Shown one piece after another: positions 14,444 to 26,272 of a stretch of DNA of 64,000 nucleotides (positions within the stretch are counted from its first letter, which is position 1; every line of letters starts with the position of its first letter). Below the pieces are notes generated by a model. The model had not been told where the DNA came from. It was given only the letters and a program-made list of their open reading frames with translations, and made no database searches. Position numbers and translations under genes: made by a program. This DNA is from Octopus vulgaris. Lineage: Eukaryota. The stretch spans positions 77,252,001-77,316,000 of the forward strand of contig OX597817.1 of the NCBI GenBank assembly GCA_951406725.2, written 5' to 3'.

Positions 14444-15309
14444 GAAGAAACCAGTTGCAATGCCTAGGTTTCCTTCTCAGGTTATTAGCAATACAAGTGA
14501 AGCGAAACAGATTCAGTTCAGGAAATAAACAACAGCAACAACTTCTTTTACAATACTACTACTACTACTACTACTACTGATGATAATAATAATGATGATA
14601 ATAGCAACAACAACAACAACAATAATAATGATGATAATAATTTCTTGTTATACGCTACAAGTGCAATGGATGACAAAATAATGCAAGGACAAATTACAAA
14701 AGAATGGTGAAGATTTTTACTGAATTGATAATGGAGGAAATATAAAAAACCAAAATGGATAGGTACAGAAAACAAAGAAAGTATATAAAAGAAATGAAAT
14801 GAGAATTCACAATAAGGACCAATCAAGAAACTCCGCAGATCAAGGAAAACATTGAATCCCGCCCCCAAAGGGCAAGTGACCTTTCCCAGCTGTAATCACC
14901 AGCCTAGAGACATAGTCTCATTAACTAAAAGTAGTCCCTGGCCACTTTAAACTCTTTCAAACATCTTTCTAAAAGACAATACTACATTCTCAGTGTTTAC
15001 CTTCAGAGGCTGAAGAGGAAAGTGCCTGTCTTCAGTCTTTATGGTTTTGTTTACCTTGGTAGTATCTGAACTCAGAACATAAAGGGAAGTAACTAAGTAC
15101 TAATACTGCAACATATTTTGTTGTATGCAGGGAACAGGAAGGGCATCCAGCTGTAGAAATCATACCAAAACAGATGACAAGAGCCTGGTGCATTCAGACC
15201 TCTGACTTGCCAGCTCTGGTCAAATTCTCTAACCCATGCCAGCATGGAAAACAAACATTGAAAGATGATGATGATGATGATGATGATGAATACTGCTTGG
15301 TAGTCTGTA

Positions 15310-15843
15310 ATACTGTTTCCTAACACTGTGCTTGAGAAGACCTGTTGAGTCAAATAAAATTGTGGTTGTGGCCGATGCCAGAGCTGTCTGACTGGCACCT
15401 GTGCTGGTGGCATGTAATAAGCACCATTCAAGTGTGGGTCAATGCCAATGCTGCCTGACTGGCTCCTCGCGTCAGTGGTACGTAAAAAGCACCATTCAAA
15501 TGTGTTCGATGCCTGTGCCCTCCCCAACTGGTTCCCCATGTTGGTGGCACATAAAAGGCACATTCCGATGGTCAATGTCAGTGCCCCCTGACTGGCTCCC
15601 ATACCGATGACATGTAAAAGCACCATCAGAATATGGTCAATGCCAGTGCCATCTGACTGGTTCCCATGCTGGTGACATGTAAAAAGCACACACTACACTC
15701 TCAGAATGGTTGGCATTAGGAAGGGTATCCAGCTGTATAAACCTTGCCAGATCAGATTGGAGCAGCTTACTGGTTTGCCAATCCTCAGTCAGACCATCTA
15801 ACCCATGCCAGCATGGAAAGTAGACGTTAAATGATGATGATGA
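15310..15843 (+). mobile_element. Retroposon family D copy with expanded internal minisatellite
   Basis: About five ~60-bp units (TG.CA.GTAAAA.GCACCAT...TGCC...TGACTGG.TCC), followed by AGGAAGGG.ATCCAGCTGTA...AACCCATGCCAGCATGGAAA...GATGATG. Confidence 0.78.
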
Positions 15844-17127
15844 ATTATAGTATAAAAGACTTCTCCAGTTTATTTTGTGATGGTGAAAACATCAACAGGC
15901 ACTGTAGTATGATAAAAAAGCTTGTTTGCCAACTGCATGTTTCTGAGTTCAGTCTCACTGATTGCCAACTTGAACAAGCAAGCATCTTCTACTAAAACCC
16001 CAGGCTGACCAAACCCTTGAGAGCAGATTTGCCAGACAGAAAGTGAAAGTAGCAAATACAAGACTTTAAAAAAATAAAGTACTTGGACTGATTCACTTAA
16101 CTAGAATCTTTCAAGGAGGCATTCCTGCATGGCTGCAGTCCAATGATAAAAGATAAATGATGAAAGCTGCCTTTTGTTTTTAGTATTTTATATGATATGT
16201 AACCATAGAACTAATATCATTGTTAAGGCAACACTCTTTAGGTGAATATGTAATAACAGTTTAAGCCATTAACAACCAAGTTTGAATATCATTTATCAAA
16301 TAGAATAAATACATGAATAGGAGTGATTTGATGTGAAGAAAGGACAACAAAATCCTCTGGAAACATCAAACGACAATAATCATTGTAATAAAGTGTACAG
16401 GAGAAGGTAGTAAGCTGGCAGAGGCAGAATCATTAGCATGCCAGGCAAAATGCTGTGGTATGTCGTCTGCGTTTACATTCTGAGTTCAAATTTTGCCGAG
16501 GTCAACTTTGTCTTTTGTTCTTTCGGGGTTGATGAAATTACATAGTTGAGTACTGGGGTTGGTATAATCAACTTATTCTCTCCCCTGAAATTGCTGGCCT
16601 TGTGCTGTATTTGAAACCTATATAGTGTACAGGCAAGTTAATGATGGCATTCCCTATGTGGTCACACAAACTCCTAAAAGTGGCAACTAAATTTTCTTCA
16701 AATCCTGCCTTACTATCTCTAGGATAAAAAAAGGAAGGTTAGGTTGTATAATGCTTGTTTTAGATTTCCTATGACCGAGAAAATATGAGGATGGCAACAG
16801 CAAAAATGCTTTTGATAATAGCTCATGATAACAGCTTGATGAGGATTTGACCTGAGGCTAAACACCACCACTACCACCAACAACAACAACACTGTATTAG
16901 TGAGCCAACTGGGATTTTTTACATAGTCACATGGCCTGATAGAAATAGTGCTGAATTAAAATGTTAAGGACCCACCAACAAATAACATAGTCCTAGCGAC
17001 TCTGAGTCTGAAAAAAAGTTAGTGAGAGGGATGGTCATAGCTGGAATGTGGTTGATCATAATTAAACAAGTCCAATCAAGGCCAGTCAAGGTCCAAACAA
17101 CAACAGCAGCAGCAACTACTGTCTATG

Positions 17128-17163
<36 letters not shown>

Positions 17164-17615
17164 TTTTTTTATATTTTTGGACAATGTCAGAAAGGAAATC
17201 CCTCCAAAACTGAGATATATTTTCTGAACACCCTATAATCTGTTGTGCACATATTTTGGTTGTTTTTCTGTATGTTTGTCTCTATGCTGGCACCCAACAC
17301 CAAATCCTGCTCCTCCACCCCATTGCAGCAACCGACTAAAACGTTTGTGTCTCCTTCAAGTAGAAATTAGCCAAATATGAGTGCTATATTCATTTAACCT
17401 TGATTTGTAGATATAAAAATATAATAGAATTTATTGATAAAAGGAGATCAAAGGAAACAGATAAAAGAGAGTAGGGGGAAAGCGAGAGAGACTGAGAGAG
17501 GGAGAGACAGAGAGAGAGGGAGAGTGTGAGAGAGGAAGGGAGAATGTGAGAGAGGAGAGAGAGCGAAAAGCGTGTGAGTGAATGTGTGTGTGCATGTATG
17601 CATGTATATGCTTGC

Positions 17616-17652
<37 letters not shown>

Positions 17653-17689
17653 CGTGCGGAGATGAGAAGAAAAGGGAGGAGAAGAAACA

Positions 17690-17870
17690 CCAATAATTAA
17701 TGGCTCTCCTTGATTAGTAGCGCAAAGGAAATCAAGCCAGCTCTTCAAATCAGTGACTGTTTTCACTGCAGTACCATGACCCACTAACAAACCCGACCCG
17801 ACCCGACCAGACCAGGCCATAACCGCCCCGCCAGCCGGCCAATGGACCGCTAACTGATTATCTGCAGGTG
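17690..17870. promoter_or_regulatory. CpG-retaining promoter/enhancer-like island
   Basis: TAATTA, (CCCGA)3, tandem GC boxes CCGCCCCGCC (17823-17832), CCAAT (17839-17843), TTATCT and CAGGTG clustered in unique sequence. Confidence 0.35.
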
Positions 17871-18384
17871 TGTGTGTGTGGTGGTGGCGGTGGTGGGGTT
17901 AGGATGGCAGAGATCATAAGGGTGGGGATGGAAGGAGAAAGGTGGGGGCAGGGTGGCGAAGGAAGAATGAAATAGGAAGAGGGGGATGGTAGAGTGACGG
18001 TGGTGGGGTGGGGGGGCATCTAGCCAAAATGTTTGCCTACATAGGCAGACTGACCCTTAGATAATATAATTTAGAAAACAAAAAAAAAACAATAATAAAT
18101 TAATAAATACATAAATAAATCAAATGGTCTGAAGCTAAAACACACACACACACACATATATACACATGCTAGATTTATCAGTTATGCTATATAATAATTG
18201 TACAACCTCTACCACCTTCCTATACTATGAACACTCCAATACCACCAACACCCTTCACTGCAACTACCATTTCTCTGATCACCGCCACCACAGCTTACTA
18301 CTATTGCTGTACAAGTAGTTGCAGATATATATATATGAGTATGCATGTGTATATTATATGTATGTGTGTGTGTGTGTGTGTGTG

Positions 18385-18435
<51 letters not shown>

Positions 18436-18536
18436 TGGTACAATGCCAACCATACTACAAGCAAAAACAATGATGTCAGGAGATTTCTACAACAAATCCA
18501 ATGTATTTTGGAAGAAGAAATAAAAAAAAAAGATCA

Positions 18537-18568
<32 letters not shown>

Positions 18569-19922
18569 TATTGATGATGATGATGATAAATAAAAAGAAG
18601 ACTCAAAGAAAAACGAATGAAACTGAACTGAAGATAAATGAAGAAAATTTTACAAAATTTTCAGTGGATCAATATTTATCTATTGTTTTTCTATTGTTAA
18701 CACTATTGATGTGATTTCACATTTCCATTTGCTTCTTTATTATTATTATTATCATTCTAATTATTATTATTGATGTTGTTGTTGTGGTGGTGATGGTGGT
18801 TAGTAAAATATTATTATTAAATGGTGGCAAGTTGGCTGAATCATTAGCATGCTGAACAAAATCCTTAGCGGCATTTCACCTGTCATTATGTTCTGAGTTC
18901 AAATTCTGCTGGGGTCGAAGTAGTGTTTCATTTTTTGGAGATCAGTAAATTAAGTCCCCTTCCCACAAATTTGATGCCTTGTGCCTCCAGTAGAAAGGTT
19001 TATTATTATTATAATTGTTGTTGTTGCTATTAGTAGTGTAGTCAGCAAAGGTTAACTTTGCCTTTCATCTTTCCAGGGGTCGATAAATTAAGTACCAGTG
19101 AAACACTAGGGTCAATGTACTCGACTAGTCCCCTCCTCACAAATTTGATGCCTTGTGCCTTATTATTATTATTATTATTATTGTTATTGCTGTTGTTGTT
19201 GCTGTTGTTTTTGATTAAGTACCAGGGAAACATTGGGATCGATGTAATCAACTAATCCCCCTCCTCAACAATTTCAGGCTGTGTCTATAGCCATAAGGAG
19301 TATTGCTGTTACTGTTGTTGATGTTGTTATCATGATGGTGATAGCGGCAGTGGTGGTGGTGGTGGTTAGTAAAATATCATTATTAAGATGGCAAGTTGAC
19401 AATCATTAGGGTGCTGGACTAAATACTTAGCGGTACTTTCATCTGACTCTTTAATGTTCTGAGCTCAAATCTTGCCATGGCCAATTTTACCTCTCAACAA
19501 TTCAGGGTCGATTAAATGGAATACCAGTCAAGCACTAGATTTGATATGGCAGCGAGCTGGCAGAAACGTTAGCATGCCGGGCGAAATGCTTTGTGGCATT
19601 TAGTCCGCTGCTGTGTTCTGAGTTCAAATTCCACTGAGGTCAACTTTGCCTTTCATCCTTTCGGGGTAACTTTTGAGTAGGGTGGGCCACTCAACCAGAA
19701 GAAAATTCTAACTGAGTCCCACCTGCAAGGTTGTGTACTGTTTATCTTGATACGAGGCCACCATATTGTACATATATGGTTGTGATGCATATGCCTTATG
19801 TATCCTTATCTGACAGGTAGTCATAAAGGGTATATTGGGTTTCATATATCTGTTCCTCAGCATTATTTTGATGGCATGTACTACTCTCTCACTGAATAAT
19901 AATAATAATAAAATAATTATTA

Positions 19923-19961
<39 letters not shown>

Positions 19962-20207
19962 GTCTTAAGGTTGTGGACTGGAAGAATTGTTAGCATGCTA
20001 GACACAATGCTTAGAAGTATTTCGCCTGTCTTTACAGTCTGAGTTCAAACTCCACAGGGGTCAACTTTCTCTTTCGTCCTTTCACAGTCGATAAAATGAA
20101 GTACAAGTTGGGCATCAGGAGTCAATACAATCAACTTAACCCCTCCCTCTAAATTTCAGGCCTTGTGCCTTTAGTTGAAGGGATTACTACTACTGTTATT
20201 ATTATTA

Positions 20208-20249
<42 letters not shown>

Positions 20250-20611
20250 TATCATCATCATCATCATCATCATTTGTAGTGGGGGTGGGGTCAGTTTTAG
20301 TTTTCCAAGTGGTGAGAATGAGAGAAAGAGACATATTAATGCGACACTGTCAAAGAGAGTCTGACAAACAAAAAAATTCTTTATCCAAAACCATGAAGAA
20401 CACACATCCAAAGCAAGCATAATTTATTTACTCATTTCTGTTTCTTTGATTCCATGTCTCATATGGAGATTTATTCAACTCTTTAGACATGTGGCATGTC
20501 TAAATTGCAATATGGTTACCAAACTTGTGAAGCTGATAAACATGAAGATGAAACATGACTAAATTTATTTTGTTTATTTTTTTTATATTCTTTTATGTTT
20601 CTTTTTTTATT

Positions 20612-20650
<39 letters not shown>

Positions 20651-20913
20651 CATTTATAATAAACAAACAAAACAAAATAGTAATCAACACAAGCTAACGA
20701 GAGAATTTATATGCTGTTGCTTGACCTGCTGGAAGTAGTGGCTAAATTTCTTTCTAACCATATATTGGATAATGTAGTCCATAGATATCCAGCGATGACA
20801 ATTCTCAGATGAGATGGTCATAGCTGGAATGTTTTGATAAAAATGCAAAATAGTCTCTCATGTACTGAGTGTGTGTGAATATATATATATGCATGCATGT
20901 ATGCATGCATACA

Positions 20914-20945
<32 letters not shown>

Positions 20946-21299
20946 AGAAAGACAAGCTGTCAGAATCTCCATCACACATACATATGCGTCTTTGTACCAT
21001 TTAACTTTTACTTGTTTCATTCATTGGACTATGGCCATGCTGGGGCACCACCTTGAAGGATATGGCTGAACAAATTTCCCCCAGTACCTTCTTTTCAAAC
21101 CTGGTACTTATAATTTTGGTCTCTTTTGCTGAACTGTTAAGTTACAAGGACAGAACCAAACCAACACTGATCGTAAAGCAATGGTGGGGGCAGGGCAGAG
21201 ACAAACACAAACACACACATGAATATATATGTAACAAGCTTCTACATAGTTTCCATACATCAAATTCATTCACAAATCATTAGTTAAACTGGCAGAGGG

Positions 21300-21588
21300 T
21301 ACATTATTTACATTATTTACATTTGACGGATATTTGTCCTCATCTTGTTTGTTGTTAACACAATGTTTCGGCTGAGATACCCTCCAGCCTTCATCAGGTG
21401 TCTTGGGGAAATTTCGAACCTGGGTTCTCATTCCTATGGTATTCCTAAGGTATGTTCCCAAGACAACTGAAGAAGGCTGGAGAGCATATCAGCCGAAATG
21501 TTGTGTTAACAACAAACAAGATGAGGACAAATATCCATCAAATGTAAATAATGTACATAATTCCTCATGTCTTAAATATAGAACTGTA
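21300..21588. mobile_element. Fold-back insertion (two ~100-bp inverted arms), probably a Penelope-like LTR remnant, nested in a family B SINE
   Basis: 21309-21410 is the reverse complement of 21455-21555. Each arm has a CTGA(T/A)GA-AGGCTG...CAGCC-GAAA motif. Bounded by a 10-bp direct repeat TGGCAGAGGG (21290-21299 and 21589-21598). Confidence 0.7.
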
Positions 21589-21844
21589 TGGCAGAGGGCA
21601 GTTATAGTAGAAGATACTTGCCCAAGGAGCCATACTGTCAGACTGAAGTCTGAACCACATAGTCGAGAGTGAGCTTCTTAAATACAAGACAGACAAATGA
21701 TAGATAGATAGGGCTGAACACAGAGGGGACAAAATACAAAGTAGAGCTTTTCTTTTTGGGAAGAAGAGAAAAAAAGAAAATAAAAAAGTGGGTCGAATTT
21801 CGATCAAAAGGGATTGTGGGGAAAAAAATGGGACATCCTCGAAG

Positions 21845-22040
21845 ACAAACCGAAGATAGACAGACAGACAGACAGATAGATAGATAGATAGACAGATAGA
21901 TAGACAGAAAGATAGACAGATAGGTAGACAGAAAGATAGACAGAAAGATAAACAGAGAGACAGATAGATAGATAGGCGATAGGTAGGTAGATAGATAGGT
22001 AGAAAGATAGATAGGTAGGTAGATAGATAGATAGATAGAC
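21845..22040. repeat. (AGAT/AGAC)n tetranucleotide tract
   Basis: Directly visible. Confidence 0.92.
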
Positions 22041-22540
22041 AAAAGGGGAAGATATGCTAATGATTCAAGTTAATTGTTTACTCCCATCCTTTATAATCAA
22101 TTACAGAGCAATGAACAACTTATTCTAGCATTCTTTGGTTGGGGGAAAATGTCTATTGAAAATCAGAATATATTATCTATAGAGAGGGACTCCAGGGGAA
22201 CAAGTGGTAACAGTATGTTAGAGAATATCTTAATGTGTGTGTGTGTGTGTGTGTTGAGATATAATATTGTGTATGTGTATGAGAGGCAGAGAGAGAGGGA
22301 GAAACAGAGATGCTGAGTAGCTTATAAGTGAGTACTATCAATAGATTAAAAAGGAAAATAAAATTGACTGGATGAAGGAACAAGATTCTAAGGAACACAA
22401 GACTTTGCTTGAATGTCATCTCTGATTGTTCTGAGATAAAAATGTCTATGCCCTCTTGATATAATGCAAAAGTTCTTTGATATTTTAATATTGGGAAAAG
22501 AAGAACGAAAACAACACCAAAAAAAAAAAAAATAAAAATA

Positions 22541-22572
<32 letters not shown>

Positions 22573-23647
22573 TGAGATGAAGGTTAAGCAAATATTTTCA
22601 ATGTCCAGTCTGTGTATATAAGCCCATAAATATACATGATATGCAGACAAATATACATAAAAACATCTATCTATCTATTATATATATATATATATATATA
22701 AGCATTTACATGCATACTTTCTCAAACTTTATCATATAGATAAGTCCATTGGTGTTTTAGAAAAATAATTTAATGTTAAAAGAGATGGAATAGAATATCA
22801 TGGTGACAGGATAAATCAATATTTGTATGAAAGTGTGTGAATGTATGTAATAAGTATGAGTGTGTGTATATACACACACATTCATATAGACACATATATA
22901 TATACACACATACAAAGACACAAACATAGAAATGCATATATAAATACATGCGTATATATATATGCATATATAGTGTACAGGGAACCTCAGCCACCTTTTC
23001 TCACAGACAAAGGATTCAGGTAAAAATACAGGTAAAAATGCTTATAGGTGGATAACAGCACTATAGTTAGTGGAGCAGGCATATTTTAAGCAGAGAAATG
23101 GAAAAATGAAGTGACTGAGTTAATCAAAATACATGACAGAGTATTTAATCTAAGACTAATTAATTATAAGACAACACAAACAGCAACAGAGACGAACATG
23201 GTTGAGAAAGAGCAGAGAATACAGAGATTAAATTATCAATTTTTGATGACTTCTGTGGGCAGGTTTGACAACAGCAATATAGTTGTTCAGATGTAGGGCT
23301 TCCTCAGGATAAGAGTTAGATGGACTCAGAGATGCGAGGTAATCTAGCAAATGAAGGTATGAAAGCTAAAAGAGCCTATGGTCAGAAGTGCACTTAAAGT
23401 ACAAAGTGTCATTTACTTAGAGAAAGAGAAGGGAATAGAGAACCACAATACAGAAGACAAGACGGTTGTGTCTTTGGTTGGTACTTATTTTGTCAACTGT
23501 GAAAGGATAGAAAAGAATGTTATCCTTGGTAGAATTTAGACTCAGAATGTAAAGAGCTGGAAGGAATGCTGCCAAGCAATTTGCTCAGCATGCTAAAAAT
23601 TCTGCTAGTTCACCACCTTAGAATAATGGTTTCAAAGTTTTGGCACA

Positions 23648-23879
23648 AGGCGAGCTGGCAGAAACGTTAGCACGCCGGGCGAAATGCTTAGTAGTATTTC
23701 GTCTGCCGCTACGTTGTGAGTTCAAATTCTGCCAAGGTCGACTTTGCCTTTCACCCTTTCGGAGTCGATTAAATAAGTATCAGTTACGCACTGGGGTCAA
23801 TATAATCGACTTAATACGTTTGTCTGTCCTTGTTTGTCCTCTCTGTATTTAGCCCATTGTGGGTAGTAAAGAAAAAGGT
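23648..23879 (+). mobile_element. SINE family C (~230 bp), young copy; about 15-20 related fragments in the window
   Basis: Reads GGCGAGCTGGCAGAAACGTTAGCACGCCGGGCGAAATGCTTAG...GAGTTCAAATTC (B box)...GGTCGACTTTGCCTTTCA.CCTTTCGG.GTCGAT. The central block recalls the MetaSINE conserved domain (from memory, unverified). Other copies at ~2830-2995, 11235-11612, 12210-12430, 16410-16620, 18820-19670, 19968-20182, 24375-24590, 38700-39120, 56245-56460 and 57598-57900. Confidence 0.8.
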
Positions 23880-24316
23880 TACCTACAATGACCCCAGTAT
23901 TCAAATAGTACTTATTTCATCAACCCACAAAAGGATGAATGGCAAAGTTGACCTCATCAGAATTTGAACTCAGATGGACGAAATGTTGCATGAATAATAA
24001 TGATGATGATGATGATGATGATAATAATAATAATAATTAATTCTGGTTTTATTGGCCACAAGGGCTAACATAAATCAAAAAACATGTAAGGACAAACACA
24101 GGACGAAAAGTACAAAGGGTTTTGCGAAAAAGAAAGGTCCACGTAAACATTAGAAAACAGCGAAAATTGTAACAAATAATAATGGTTTCAAATTTTAGGG
24201 CAGGGCCAGCAGGGAGATCAATTACATCAACAACCTACCCCCACCCAGTGCTTGACTTGGTACTTACTTTTTCAAACCTGAAAGAAGAAAGGTTAAGTCA
24301 ATTTTGGCACCTCATG

Positions 24317-24375
<59 letters not shown>

Positions 24376-24630
24376 CTTTTCTACTACAGGTACAAGGCCT
24401 GAAATTTGAGAGGGGTGTGCTTTGTTGATTACATCAACTCCAGTACATAACTGGTACTTATTTAATCAACCCGCAAAAGGATGAAAGGCAAAGTCAACCT
24501 TGGCAGAATTTGAACGCAGAGCATAGAGACAGATAAAATACCACTAAGCATTTTCGCTAACATGCTAAAGATTTTGCTAGCTCACAACCTTATGATGACC
24601 ATGACGATGATGATGATGATAATAATAATG

Positions 24631-24669
<39 letters not shown>

Positions 24670-25162
24670 GTAATAGTAATTTATTCCATTATATTTTTTC
24701 TTGCTTTTAATTCAATTTCTGTTCTTTTCAATAGAAAAATATTCATCTCTCTTCTTCTAAAACTTCACTTTTGTAAACCTGACACACACCACCATAAGCA
24801 ACATACCCCCTCACCTCATTATCTCCCCTAAACAGCTCATGAGTCAAAGAAGATATTTTTAGCAATGTGGTCGTGGTGGTGGAGTGGAGAGGTATTTCTT
24901 TTTCTTTTTCTTTTTTGTTTTCTTTTCTTCTTCTTTCTAATTTCTTCTTTTCTTGTCCCTTAAAAGGAAACACAACCGTTTGGTTCTGTTTTCAGATTTG
25001 TCTATGATATTTTTAAAACACCATACAAGCCACATGTATATATGCATGAGAGTGTATACATGTTTTTTTGTATGTGTGTGTGTATCAACGTGTGTGTATG
25101 CATATATGTGGGTATGTGTGTGGGAGAAACAGGTTAAACAATGTCCAATACAGAGAGAGAGA

Positions 25163-25196
<34 letters not shown>

Positions 25197-25644
25197 GAGA
25201 GACTAAGGAAGAAGAAAAAAAATCTGAGAATTCAGTTTTGAGTCTTATCTGCAGAGATGGACAAAAGGCATGCTGTTCTTTCACAGTCCAAGGCGCCGCC
25301 GTATGCTTGATATAACAGTCACATCATGTTAGAATTCATCCAATAGTATCTAGCGGTGCCCTGCTTCTTCTACACACTGCTCCAAAGATAATATAACAAG
25401 CAGATTCTATTCCTAACCCAAACCAATATTCCTTCCTTCTTTCCTTCCTTCTTTTCACCCTCCCTCCCTCCCTTCTCCAGACATCTCTCTCCTTCTTACT
25501 CTTCATCCAAAAGTACTTCTCTGCTTTTCTGCACAAATGCATTCTTCCACTCTCTGGACTCTCACTACAGCACTATTGCTCTCTTCCTTCAAAGGAGACT
25601 GGTTTTTCTCTCTGCTTCTTCTCAATCTGTCTATATACTGTTAT

Positions 25645-25952
25645 TCTCTTATTCTTTTACTTGTTACAGTCATTTGACGGCAGCCATGCTGGAGCACCAC
25701 CTTTAGTCAAACAAATCAACTCCAGGACGTATTCTTTGTAAGCCTAGTACCTTTTCTATCAGACTTTTTTGGCGAACTACTAAGTTACGGGGACGTAAAC
25801 ATACCAACATTGGTTGTCAAGCGATGGTGAGGGGGAAAAAACAGACACATGAAATACGACAGGCTTCTTTCAGTTTCCTTCTACCAAATCCACTCACCCA
25901 TGGTGCCATGCAGTGGGAAGCAAGCTTCTACTACACAGCCACTCCTGCGCCT
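25645..25952 (-). mobile_element. SINE family B copy with internal deletion
   Basis: Tail, middle and head segments all match family B on the minus strand. Confidence 0.75.
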
Positions 25953-25965
25953 TATATATATACAT

Positions 25966-26082
25966 ATATTCTGTTGTGTCTGGGGAGGGTCATTTTCTTT
26001 ATGTGCCTTATAATTTAACATACTCACCAGTAAATTATAAGGCACAAAAAGAAAGTTACTCTCCCCAGACACAACAGAATAT
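25966..26082. repeat. Near-perfect inverted repeat (~52-bp arms, 13-nt loop)
   Basis: ATATTCTGTTGTGTCTGGGGAGGGTCATTTTCTTTATGTGCCTTATAATTTA - ACATACTCACCAG - TAAATTATAAGGCACAAAAAGAAAGTTACTCTCCCCAGACACAACAGAATAT. A single-arm relic of the same family lies near 43915-43985. Confidence 0.85.
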
Positions 26083-26235
26083 GCTTCAACACACGAACTC
26101 ACATAAAGAATCGTGCAAACCAAATCCAAAAACGAAATATATATATACATATTCACAAAAAAAAACAAAAGACGAAGACAGGTGGTGTAGATAACAAACA
26201 GATGTATTAGTTTAATGCTTGGGAAGTGAGAAAGT

Positions 26236-26272
26236 CTTTTACATTTCGAGCCTACGCTCTTCCACAGAAAGG
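26236..26272 (-). ncRNA. Degenerate minimal hammerhead-like motif
   Basis: Minus strand: CTTT-CTGTGGA-A-GAGC(GTAG)GCTC-GAAA-TGT-A-AAAG. Helices I and II are intact; the core deviates from CUGANGA. Confidence 0.45.

Noticed and set aside
15370-15700. Regularly spaced repeats resembling a CRISPR array
   Set aside because: Eukaryotic context, the inter-repeat segments are homologous rather than unique, and there are no cas genes. It is a minisatellite inside a retroposon.
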